From an uncultured bacterium (GTDB lineage Bacteria; Elusimicrobiota; Elusimicrobia; Elusimicrobiales; Elusimicrobiaceae): DNA of 64,000 bases. A program made the position numbers and the translations under genes. The stretch spans positions 940 through 64,939 of the forward strand of contig CASFXV010000007.1 of assembly GCA_949298795.1 (NCBI GenBank), in the 5' to 3' direction. The notes under the pieces are model-generated. The model had not been told where the DNA came from and did no database searches. It saw only the letters and a program-made list of their open reading frames with translations. Below, in pieces: positions 20,789-29,198 of the stretch; position 1 is the stretch's first letter, and every line of letters begins with the position of its first letter.

Positions 20789-21157
20789 CTATACTACCTC
20801 GGGGGCCAGAGAGATGATTTTCAGGAAATTCTTTTCCCGCAGTTCTCTCGCAATAGGGCCAAACACACGCGTGCCTTTAGGTTCGCCATTATCGTTAATG
20901 ATGCAAACAGCGTTGTCATCAAAGCGGATATAGGAACCGTCTTTACGTCTTTTTTCGCGGGCTACGCGTACTACTACCGCGCGCACCACGTCGCCTTTTT
21001 TAATGGCGGAAGTAGGGATCGCATCTCTGACGGAGCACATCACGACGTCTCCCAAAGTTGCGATATCCCGGTGGTGGCCACCGCGCACCTTAAAGCATTG
21101 TACTTTGCGGGCGCCGGAATTGTCGGCCACGTTGAGGATGCTTCTGAGTTGAATCAT
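20789..21157 (-). CDS. rplN: 50S ribosomal protein L14
   Basis: [20 protein letters not shown] and ISLAPEV motifs. Confidence 0.98.
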   Translation of the reverse strand: MIQLRSILNVADNSGARKVQCFKVRGGHHRDIATLGDVVMCSVRDAIPTSAIKKGDVVRAVVVRVAREKRRKDGSYIRFDDNAVCIINDNGEPKGTRVFGPIARELREKNFLKIISLAPEVV

Positions 21158-21185
21158 AGTTTAATAACTCCGTAAGTTTTAAAAA

Positions 21186-21455
21186 CTAAGCTCTGGCTTT
21201 TTCCACAATTTTGGAAACACGCCATGTGGTCGTTTTGGACACGGGGCGAGTGCTCATAATTTCCACTTTGTCCCCGATTTTGCTCTCGTTGCCTTCGTCG
21301 TGCGCATGGAACTTGGCCGCTCTTTTCAGCGTTTTGCTGTACAGACCGGTACGAACCAGACGTTCCACGAGTACGGTGCGGGTTTTGTTCATCTTGTCAG
21401 AAACCACAACGCCGGTGAGAACTTTTCTTTGTCCACGGGATTCTTGTTTTTCCAT
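21186..21455 (-). CDS. rpsQ: 30S ribosomal protein S17
   Basis: GVVVSDKMNKT and HDEGNESKIGD motifs. Confidence 0.96.
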   Translation of the reverse strand: MEKQESRGQRKVLTGVVVSDKMNKTRTVLVERLVRTGLYSKTLKRAAKFHAHDEGNESKIGDKVEIMSTRPVSKTTTWRVSKIVEKARA

Positions 21456-21466
21456 ATTTAAAACCT

Positions 21467-21670
21467 CTAGTTCTGCTCTTTCTTCTGGTTGATCAAGGTC
21501 TGCAGAAGAGCAATCTCGCGTCTTACAGCCCGGATTTCCATCGGGTTGGCGATGGGGGTGGTGCTGTGTTTGAAAAGAAGGTTGAATTTCTTTTCTTTCG
21601 CTTTACCGAGGTCTTCTTGTAATTGAGCCACGGTTTTTTGTTTCAAAGCTTCTTTTTCGTTCGTCTTCAT
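21467..21670 (-). CDS. rpmC: 50S ribosomal protein L29
   Basis: Position, size and [13 protein letters not shown] motif. Confidence 0.92.
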   Translation of the reverse strand: MKTNEKEALKQKTVAQLQEDLGKAKEKKFNLLFKHSTTPIANPMEIRAVRREIALLQTLINQKKEQN

Positions 21671-21671
21671 A

Positions 21672-22082
21672 CTATCTTCTCGTCACCAATTTAGTTCTGA
21701 TGGGCAGTTTGTCGGCGGCCAGCTTCATGGCTTGTTTGGTATCTTCCAGCGTGGCGCCTTCCAATTCAAACAACACTCTGCCGGGTTTTACGACACATAC
21801 CCAATGGTCCGGAGCACCTTTACCTTTACCCATACGGGTTTCAGCCGGGTGTTTGGTGATGGCTTTATCCGGGAAAATGCGAATCCAGAGTTTACCTTTT
21901 TTCTTGATGAATCTGGACAGCGTAATACGGGCAGCTTCTATCTGCCGGGCGGTGATCCATTTGGGTTCCAATGCTTTCAGCCCATATTCACCGAACACAA
22001 CCTCAGCGCCTCTTTTGGCATTGCCTTTAATGCGGGGGGCGCTAAACGGTTTGCGATATTTTACTCTTTTAGGCATTAACAT
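21672..22082 (-). CDS. rplP: 50S ribosomal protein L16
   Basis: [11 protein letters not shown] and RMGKGKG motifs. Confidence 0.98.
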   Translation of the reverse strand: MLMPKRVKYRKPFSAPRIKGNAKRGAEVVFGEYGLKALEPKWITARQIEAARITLSRFIKKKGKLWIRIFPDKAITKHPAETRMGKGKGAPDHWVCVVKPGRVLFELEGATLEDTKQAMKLAADKLPIRTKLVTRR

Positions 22083-22097
22083 AAGTAAAGACCTCTA

Positions 22098-22829
22098 CTA
22101 TTTAGCTTCCTTGGCCGGAGCAACGACTTCCGTGACGCCTTCGGCAGAAACGCTTTCCATATCTCTATGTTTTTTAAGTTCCTGCATAATCTCTTTGGGA
22201 GATTTGGCAAAGTGCGTTCTCTTAAAGATCCACACTTTTACGCCAATTTTACCGCTGATGGTGGACGCTTCCGTAAAACCGTAGTCAATATCCGCGCACA
22301 GGGTGTGCAGCGGTACGCGGCCTTCGCGTTTCCATTCGGTGCGGGCGATTTCGGCCCCGCCTAAACGGCCGGATACCATAATTTTAATACCCAACGCTTT
22401 GCCAGCTAAAGCCTTCTCAATCGCTTTCTTGATGGCGGCGCCATAGTGGGCGCGTTTTTCAAGCTGCATGGCGATGGACTGCGCTACCAGCTGGGCATCC
22501 GTTTCCGGGCTCTTGATTTCAATGACGTTCACAAAGGTTTTACTGCCGGTGAGGGCTTCAATTTCTTTGCGAAGGGCTTCAATATCGGCCCCTTTCTTGC
22601 CAATCACCACACCCGGGCGGGCGGTGTGAATGTTTAAGCGCAGGAAAGCGCCGGCACGTTCAATGCCTACGTAGCTTACGGCAGCCATTTTGAACTTGTC
22701 ATCAACAATTTTGCGAATTTGGAAATCTTCCATAATAAGCGCCGGCATATTCTTGGGGGCGAACCAGCGGGAACGCCAATCCTGAATATAACCCAGTCTT
22801 ATTGAACGGGGGTGAATCTTATGTCCCAT
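22098..22829 (-). CDS. rpsC: 30S ribosomal protein S3
   Basis: [17 protein letters not shown] and [10 protein letters not shown] motifs. Confidence 0.98.
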   Translation of the reverse strand: MGHKIHPRSIRLGYIQDWRSRWFAPKNMPALIMEDFQIRKIVDDKFKMAAVSYVGIERAGAFLRLNIHTARPGVVIGKKGADIEALRKEIEALTGSKTFVNVIEIKSPETDAQLVAQSIAMQLEKRAHYGAAIKKAIEKALAGKALGIKIMVSGRLGGAEIARTEWKREGRVPLHTLCADIDYGFTEASTISGKIGVKVWIFKRTHFAKSPKEIMQELKKHRDMESVSAEGVTEVVAPAKEAK

Positions 22830-22832
22830 ATC

Positions 22833-23192
22833 TTAGCGACCTCCCTTTTTTTCGTCGGAAACGATGACAGTCAGATGGCACATGCTCTTTTTGTAGGGCA
22901 TAGCGCGGCCTTGCGGGCCGGGCTGAACTCTTCTTAAGTGATTGCTGGGCCCTAAATTGGCAAAGGCTTCTTTAATGAATACTTTGCTCATATCCAGTTT
23001 TTTGCCCGCTTTTACTTCCAGGTTGGCGGCAGCGCTGTGAACCGTTTTGAACACGAGATCAGAGGTTCTTTTGGCAATGAACGGAAGGACGTCTTCCGCC
23101 GCTTTGACATTTTTACCGCGGATCTGGTCCAACACGAGGTTCACCTTGCGGCTACCGTACCGTTGAAATTTAGCTTTTGCACAAGCTTCCAT
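22833..23192 (-). CDS. rplV: 50S ribosomal protein L22
   Basis: [19 protein letters not shown] and GRAMPYKK motifs. Confidence 0.95.
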   Translation of the reverse strand: MEACAKAKFQRYGSRKVNLVLDQIRGKNVKAAEDVLPFIAKRTSDLVFKTVHSAAANLEVKAGKKLDMSKVFIKEAFANLGPSNHLRRVQPGPQGRAMPYKKSMCHLTVIVSDEKKGGR

Positions 23193-23208
23193 ATCAAATC
23201 CTCAACTC

Positions 23209-23493
23209 TTATTTCAAGGCGGTGGAGTCTTTGGTCATACCACCGTGGCCTTTGAATACCCGGGTGAAAGAAAATTCACCGAGTTTGTAACCTACCATTC
23301 TCTCAGAGACATAGATGGGAAGGAACTTTCTGCCGTTATGCACCAAGAAGGTGTGTCCCACAAATTCGGGAACAATCGTGCAGGCTCTCGCCCACGTTTT
23401 GATAGGTTTCTTTTCATTGGAAGAGTTCATCGCTTGAACTTTTTCCAACAGGTTTAAATCTACATAAGGACCTTTTTTAGTTGATCTTCCCAT
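23209..23493 (-). CDS. rpsS: 30S ribosomal protein S19
   Basis: [14 protein letters not shown] and MVGYKLGEF motifs. Confidence 0.98.
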   Translation of the reverse strand: MGRSTKKGPYVDLNLLEKVQAMNSSNEKKPIKTWARACTIVPEFVGHTFLVHNGRKFLPIYVSERMVGYKLGEFSFTRVFKGHGGMTKDSTALK

Positions 23494-23495
23494 AA

Positions 23496-24338
23496 TTACT
23501 TACCAGCCTTATTTTTTCTTCTGTCGCTGACGATCATCCAACCAAACGCTTTCTTAGTGGAGCGGGTCTTCAAACCGCGAGTCTGTTGGTTCCAGGGGGA
23601 ACGAGGTATGTTGCCGCCTTTGCCGTGTCCGCGGCCGCCGCCCATCGGGTGGTCCACTGCGTTCATGGCGCTGCCGCGTACAGTCGGGCGGATACCGCGG
23701 TGACGGTTGCGGCCGGCGTTGCCAATTACCACGTTGGCGTGGTCTACATTGCCGACTTGCCCTATCGTAGCGCAGCAGGCGCTGGGCACCAGGCGGATTT
23801 CGCCGGACGGCATTTTGATGTGGGCATATTCCGCTTCGCGGGCCATCAGCTGGGCTTGAGAGCCGGCGCTTCTGGCAAGCTGGGCGCCTTTGCCTACTTG
23901 CAGTTCAATGGCGTGGATAAAAGTACCTTCAGGAATATTTTTAAGAGCAAGGCAGTTACCCACTTTAATTTCAGCAGTAGGGCCGGACATTAATACGTCC
24001 CCCACTTTTACGCCAACCGGGTGAAGAATGTATCTCTTTTCGCCGTCGGCATAATTCAAAAGACAAATACGGGCGCTGCGGTTCGGGTCGTACTCAATGG
24101 CAACAACTTTGGCCGGAATGCCCAGTTTTTCTCTCTTAAAATCAATTTGTCTGTAAGCGCGTCTGTGTCCGCCGCCAATGTGGCGAACCATGACCATACC
24201 GGTGTTATTGCGTCCGCCGGTTTTGCGCAGACCTTTGGTTAAGCTCTTCTCCGGGGTTTTTTTGGTGATTTCCGAAAAGTCGGCCACCGTGATTGTTCTG
24301 CGGGAAGGGGTATAAGGTCTAAATGACTTAATAGGCAT
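23496..24338 (-). CDS. rplB: 50S ribosomal protein L2
   Basis: EYDPNRSA and [19 protein letters not shown] motifs. Confidence 0.98.
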   Translation of the reverse strand: MPIKSFRPYTPSRRTITVADFSEITKKTPEKSLTKGLRKTGGRNNTGMVMVRHIGGGHRRAYRQIDFKREKLGIPAKVVAIEYDPNRSARICLLNYADGEKRYILHPVGVKVGDVLMSGPTAEIKVGNCLALKNIPEGTFIHAIELQVGKGAQLARSAGSQAQLMAREAEYAHIKMPSGEIRLVPSACCATIGQVGNVDHANVVIGNAGRNRHRGIRPTVRGSAMNAVDHPMGGGRGHGKGGNIPRSPWNQQTRGLKTRSTKKAFGWMIVSDRRKNKAGK

Positions 24339-24361
24339 AGTTAGTAGTTCTCCTTAATACT

Positions 24362-24658
24362 CTACTTAGCAGTGGCTTCCACCACTTCTATTTTATCGCC
24401 TTCTTTAAGGGTTACGAAAGCTTTCTTGTAGTCAGGTCTTTTCCCTTCGTACCGGCCCATACGGTGCGTTTTGCCCGTAACGGTGATGGTGTTGATTTTA
24501 ACAACGGTAACGTTAAAGATCTTTTCTACGGCAGTTTTGATTTCGCCCTTAGATGCATCTTTGGATACCACAAAACCGTAGCGGTTTTGGGAATCTCTGG
24601 CAATCAGGCTCTTTTCAGTTAAAAGAGGCTTCTTTAAAATATCGTAAGTACGGGTCAT
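24362..24658 (-). CDS. rplW: 50S ribosomal protein L23
   Basis: PLLTEKS and YKKAFVTL motifs. Confidence 0.96.
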   Translation of the reverse strand: MTRTYDILKKPLLTEKSLIARDSQNRYGFVVSKDASKGEIKTAVEKIFNVTVVKINTITVTGKTHRMGRYEGKRPDYKKAFVTLKEGDKIEVVEATAK

Positions 24659-25290
24659 TATTTGGCCTCCTTAGCGAACGTAGCGCTGATTTTTTCTAAC
24701 GCTTCCTTGGTCATGATTACCTTGGTGCTGTTGAGCACTGCATAGGCATTGACGTCTTCAGGCAGCATATGGGTAAGCCCGGCAATGTTGCGGCTGGCCA
24801 GTTTGGTGTTGGCATCCGTAAAATTGCCCAACAAAAGCGGTTTGCGGCCGGCGGACAACGTTTCCAACACGGCGGCGAAACCTTTGGTTTTGGGTTCGCT
24901 TACTTTCAAATCTTCCAATACAACCAGGTTGCCTTCAGAAAGTTTGGTAGACAACGCCATGGCTAAAGCCAAGCGGCGTTTGCCGGCGGGCAGTTCCTGG
25001 CGGAAAGAGTGCGGGGTGGGGCCGAAAGCCACGCCGCCATGGCGGAATTGGGGAGCCCGCAAGCTGCCCTGACGCGCACGGCCGGTGCCTTTCTGCTTCC
25101 ACGGTTTTTTGCCGGTGCCGGAAACTTCACTGCGGGTTTTCACATCGGCGGTGCCGCTTCTTTGGTTGGCTAAGAAAGCGGTGACGACTTCGTGCAAGAA
25201 AGTAGGGTTCGCTTTAACGGCAAACAAGCTTTCCGGCAAAGCGCACGTCCCTTTTTCTTGACCTTTGATATCTAAAACTTTTGTTTCCAT
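24658..25290 (-). CDS. rplD: 50S ribosomal protein L4
   Basis: KPWKQKGTGRARQGS and RHGGVAFGP motifs. Confidence 0.98.
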   Translation of the reverse strand: METKVLDIKGQEKGTCALPESLFAVKANPTFLHEVVTAFLANQRSGTADVKTRSEVSGTGKKPWKQKGTGRARQGSLRAPQFRHGGVAFGPTPHSFRQELPAGKRRLALAMALSTKLSEGNLVVLEDLKVSEPKTKGFAAVLETLSAGRKPLLLGNFTDANTKLASRNIAGLTHMLPEDVNAYAVLNSTKVIMTKEALEKISATFAKEAK

Positions 25291-25302
25291 AGGTCCAAGT
25301 CC

Positions 25303-26094
25303 TTACTTCTTGTTAGCGGCTTTGGAGGCAGAGATTTTCTGCACGATGGGAGCCACTACATGTTTTCTGTTTTTGGAAGTTTCCAATACGGACACGATGG
25401 AGCCTTTGGCGCCCGGCACGGAACCTTTTAAGAAAAGGAGACCGTTTTCGCTGTCCACTTTGATAACTTCAATTTTGGATACGGTGTGGGTGGTGGTGCC
25501 GTAATGCCCAGCCATACGCTGGCCGGAAAGCACTTTACCCAAAGAACGGCGAGAGCCCAAAGAACCCGGGGCTCTTTCTCTGTCAGACGCACCGTGGGAA
25601 GCAGGCTGGCCGGCAAAGCCGTGGCGTTTCATGGCGCCGGCATAGCCGTGGCCTTTAATCTTGCCCTGCACGTCTACATAATCGCCGGGTTTAAATACTT
25701 TTTCAAGTGAAATGACTTGGCCAATTTCAAAACCGTTCACGTCGGCAACACGGCATTCCTTCATATGTTTGACCGGCGCGGCGTTTACTTTTTTAAAGTA
25801 ACCGAGTTCAGGTTTGTTCAGTTTGCTTTCTTTCACTTCGCCAAAACCTACGCAAACGGCGTTGTAGCCGTCTTTTTCCATGGTTCTGACACGCACAACC
25901 TTGCAGGGGCCCGCTTTTACTACGGACACACCATACAGATTGCCTTTTTCATCAAAGAGCTGGGTCATGCCGATTTTTTCGCCTAATACAAAGCGAAAAG
26001 TTTCGGGAGCTTCTTTGACAGTTTCTGCTTTGGCCGCTTCAGCAACGGGGGTTGCCTCTTGGGCACCAGCAGCTTGTTTGATTTCTTCTGTCAT
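25303..26094 (-). CDS. rplC: 50S ribosomal protein L3 with ~30-aa N-terminal extension
   Basis: GEKIGMTQ, KGHGYAG and GSVPG motifs. Confidence 0.97.
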   Translation of the reverse strand: MTEEIKQAAGAQEATPVAEAAKAETVKEAPETFRFVLGEKIGMTQLFDEKGNLYGVSVVKAGPCKVVRVRTMEKDGYNAVCVGFGEVKESKLNKPELGYFKKVNAAPVKHMKECRVADVNGFEIGQVISLEKVFKPGDYVDVQGKIKGHGYAGAMKRHGFAGQPASHGASDRERAPGSLGSRRSLGKVLSGQRMAGHYGTTTHTVSKIEVIKVDSENGLLFLKGSVPGAKGSIVSVLETSKNRKHVVAPIVQKISASKAANKK

Positions 26095-26109
26095 AGTGTC
26101 TTAATTTCC

Positions 26110-26454
26110 TTAATTGCTTTTAATGGCCACATCTACGCCGGCGGGCAAATCAAGCTTCATCAATTCGTCCACAGTTTTAGAGGTGGGGCTTTTTAGATCA
26201 ATCAGTCTTTTGTGAATGCGCATTTCAAACTGTTCTCTGCTTTTCTTGTCGGTATGGGGGGAGCGAAGCACCGTGTACTTCTTAATCCGAACCGGCAATA
26301 AAACAGGACCCGCCACGATGGCACCCGTTTTTTGGGCGGTTTCCACAATGCGGGAAACCGAGGTGTCCAACATGCGATGGTCATAAGAACGCAATTTAAT
26401 GCGGATTCTTTCTTGGCTCAACACATGAGCTTTTTTATCTGTTTTTTCTGCCAT
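26110..26454 (-). CDS. rpsJ: 30S ribosomal protein S10
   Basis: [10 protein letters not shown] and [14 protein letters not shown] motifs. Confidence 0.98.
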   Translation of the reverse strand: MAEKTDKKAHVLSQERIRIKLRSYDHRMLDTSVSRIVETAQKTGAIVAGPVLLPVRIKKYTVLRSPHTDKKSREQFEMRIHKRLIDLKSPTSKTVDELMKLDLPAGVDVAIKSN

Positions 26455-26576
26455 TTTGTTTTCCTTAAAACAACTTTTGTAAAAAAATTATACGACAGAA
26501 AATCCTTCCCCGGTTCGTCTCCTACGACGAGCCGGTAAGGAATTTTGCTGCCATGCTTCTAAATTCGGTACTCTTT

Positions 26577-26585
26577 ATTATACCA
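26577..26585 (-). promoter_or_regulatory. Extended -10 promoter of the S10 operon
   Basis: TGG-TATAAT on the minus strand, ~120 nt upstream of rpsJ. Confidence 0.65.
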
Positions 26586-26731
26586 AAAATAGGGGCGCTT
26601 GTGGGGGAATTTTACTAGCCGTTTTCACCGTTGGGCGTTCAAATCCGCCTCCTAAAATTCGCTTATGTATATTGTATAATATCCGTATTATATTGTAAAG
26701 TAACTAAAATTTAAACATTTTAGAACACATC

Positions 26732-27264
26732 ATGAGCCATATCTCTCAATAACAACAGCCTTTGTTAACGCAACAGTTAAAAAGAAATTCTTATCCAGTG
26801 CTTATGGGTGATCTTGTTGTGCTTGCTTTTCTTAGGCTCTTTTATATGGGGCCTCCATCTTTGCGCAAGAACAAATTCTCTGTTCAGTTTGGACAGGGAA
26901 AATGCCAGGATTAGTTATATTAACCAGACTCTTTTTCGGCCGGCAAATAAAAACTCCCATTGAAAGACAGTCAAGCAAGCCCTGCCGGGAAGGAAACACC
27001 CCTCCTTTATACATGGTAGTTCTGTCCCAAGATTTAAATCAGATAAACCAAGCTTTGCTAAACGGGGCGGACGTGAACAACCCTTACCCTGAAAACGGAA
27101 ATACCCCCCTGCACATAGCCGCCTTAAACGGTTATACGGAAATTGTAAAGTTATTATTGGCGCAGCCCAATATAGACAAAACCATTAAAAACAAAGAAGG
27201 CAAAACCGCATTAGACACAGCTAAAGAACGCCATAGAACTGAAATAGTACAGTTGCTGTCGTAG
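26732..27264 (+). pseudogene. Degenerate membrane-anchored ankyrin-repeat gene
   Basis: The 3' part encodes ankyrin repeats (GNTPLHIAALNGYTEIVKLLL, GKTALDTA). The 5' part reads through an early TAA (26750) and two frameshifts and includes a TM-like segment. Confidence 0.6.
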
Positions 27265-27300
27265 TCATATATTGTTGTGGATATTGTTTCAATACATTCA

Positions 27301-27332
27301 AAAAAGGCCCCGGGTATTACCCCGGGGCTTTT
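27301..27332. terminator. Bidirectional terminator between ankyrin gene and lipoprotein cluster
   Basis: AAAAAG-GCCCCGGG / CCCGGGGC-TTTT stem. Confidence 0.75.
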
Positions 27333-27602
27333 GATAAAAAACCGGCCCTGCGCATAAGATGTTTTAAGACAGGATAACTTAAACTGATCTTTTCCTTTCT
27401 GCGTTTGCTGGCGGAAATCAAAAGAAGCCCGCGAGCAAGCCATTATATCTAGGCAGCGAGGGCTTCTTTATAAAGAGGACACGGCTTAAAAACAGGGGAA
27501 ACCTGCCAAGTCATCCATACCCCCAGCCTCTCAACTGTTAAAAGCAGGGTGAACAGGTAAATGGGGTTTGGCATTGCGGGGTTTCCCCGTTATATTTTTG
27601 GT

Positions 27603-27962
27603 TTATCTACCAAAATAACTTTCCATGGGTTTGGGCTCCCCGATGCAAATGTTCTGTTCGCATTTAGGGGTAATTTCCACATAGCACATTTCACGCGTGC
27701 AAGGAGCAATTTCGCATTCTTCGGCCCAAATTTTATTTACCTTTTCCGAGGCTTTGGTGTTTACCGCCGCATACCCGGCACAAGGGCAGCAGCCTTTTTT
27801 AACGGCTATACAGTCCTCATCCGTTTTGCAGGATTTGTCTGCCTTGGCAATGGCTTTGGTAACCGCTTCCGGCGTGGCATTAATGCCCACAGGCTTGGGA
27901 GTGGAGGAGGCACAAGCCGCCAATAAACCCGCTCCCATCAACAGAAAAAATACTTTTTTCAT
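27603..27962 (-). CDS. Cys-rich lipoprotein, paralog 1
   Basis: Lipobox LAAC; 10 Cys in the mature domain, CxxDxDC...CCxC pattern. Confidence 0.88.
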   Translation of the reverse strand: MKKVFFLLMGAGLLAACASSTPKPVGINATPEAVTKAIAKADKSCKTDEDCIAVKKGCCPCAGYAAVNTKASEKVNKIWAEECEIAPCTREMCYVEITPKCEQNICIGEPKPMESYFGR

Positions 27963-27974
27963 AAGAGACGCTCC

Positions 27975-28331
27975 TTATCTGGCAATATAAGAATCCAGCG
28001 GTTTTAAGGTACCGGTGCATACATTGTTTTTGCACACGGGGTCAATCTCCACATAGCACATTTGCAACGTGCAAGGGGCTGTGGCGCAAGCCGCATTCCA
28101 CTGGTTCTGTAAATCCTTTGCGGCGGATTTGTTGACCGATTCATACCCTTGGCACAGGCAGCAGCCCTTTTTAACGGCCGCACAGTCTGCGTCCGTCCGG
28201 CAAGATTTATCCGCCTTTTCCACCAACTGAGTATACTGCGCAGGAGAAATGTTTTCTGCCGCCTTTTTATCAGTCCCTGCACAGGCGCATACAAATAATA
28301 CTAAACCTAAAAGAATGATGTTTTTTTTCAT
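27975..28331 (-). CDS. Cys-rich lipoprotein, paralog 2
   Basis: Lipobox VCAC; same 10-Cys pattern. Confidence 0.88.
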   Translation of the reverse strand: MKKNIILLGLVLFVCACAGTDKKAAENISPAQYTQLVEKADKSCRTDADCAAVKKGCCLCQGYESVNKSAAKDLQNQWNAACATAPCTLQMCYVEIDPVCKNNVCTGTLKPLDSYIAR

Positions 28332-28337
28332 ATTTTC

Positions 28338-28661
28338 CTATTCTTGGGCTAATTTGCCTACACAACGGTTATTTTGGCACGAAACATCCAAATCCGTGAA
28401 ACACATTACCTGCAAGCACGGGGCGGAAGTACATTCCGCCACCCATTTGGCACGTAATGTAGCGGCCGCACGGCGGTTTACCGCTATTTTACCGTCACAA
28501 CGGCAGCAAGTACGGTTAACGGCCACACAGTCTGAATCCGTTTGGCAGTCTCTGTTGGCTTCAATAATACCTTGGTAGGTATTGCTTTTATCCGCCGAAG
28601 CGCAACCGGCAAAAACAACCCCGGCAAGGGCTAACCCTAAAAACAAAACACTTTGTTTCAT
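28338..28661 (-). CDS. Cys-rich lipoprotein, paralog 3
   Basis: Lipobox FAGC; same 10-Cys pattern. Start placed at MKQSV. Confidence 0.88.
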   Translation of the reverse strand: MKQSVLFLGLALAGVVFAGCASADKSNTYQGIIEANRDCQTDSDCVAVNRTCCRCDGKIAVNRRAAATLRAKWVAECTSAPCLQVMCFTDLDVSCQNNRCVGKLAQE

Positions 28662-28708
28662 ATAAAGTTTTTCTCCATAGTACAAGCAACGTTTATATTA
28701 TATCAAAA

Positions 28709-29044
28709 TTAAGAGTTGCTTTTCGTATCGGCTTGCTGCAACCGGCAGCGGCCATTATCGCACCGCGTCTTAATGTGAGAGGTATCAGGGGTTTTTTCAC
28801 AGCGGGTGTACCAATCCGCCTCCCGTATGCGGTTTAAATCAGGCACTTCCATACGGTTTACCGCCGCATACCCCCACTGCGGATACCGGCAAGACAAAAG
28901 CACCGCCGTACAGTCCGAATCCGCCGTACAAGCCACGTGTACTTTTTCAATATAATAAGCCATGGTGGCGTTCATATGTTTTTCTAAACTGCCGCTGCAC
29001 CCCGCCAACATCATGGCGGCCATTATCCAAAATCCGTATTTCAT
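28709..29044 (-). CDS. Cys-rich lipoprotein, divergent paralog 4
   Basis: Lipobox LAGC; retains 6 Cys plus the CxxDSDC and GYAAVN motifs. Start placed at MKYGF. Confidence 0.85.
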   Translation of the reverse strand: MKYGFWIMAAMMLAGCSGSLEKHMNATMAYYIEKVHVACTADSDCTAVLLSCRYPQWGYAAVNRMEVPDLNRIREADWYTRCEKTPDTSHIKTRCDNGRCRLQQADTKSNS

Positions 29045-29140
29045 ATATTGTATTGTAACAAAATTTTGAAGCATAACCAGTTTTTTTATATTTTTTCAAT
29101 ACATTTAAAAAACAATCTGCCGGTTTTAATAAGTGCTTTT

Positions 29141-29178
29141 TAAAAGCAAAACGGGGAGGTATTTAAATACCTCCCCGT
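29141..29178 (-). terminator. Strong terminator after fusA
   Basis: Perfect 28-bp palindrome ACGGGGAGGTATTT/AAATACCTCCCCGT (29151-29178), followed on the minus strand by TTTGCTTTT. Confidence 0.9.
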
Positions 29179-29198
29179 AACAACTTAAACTGCTTTTA

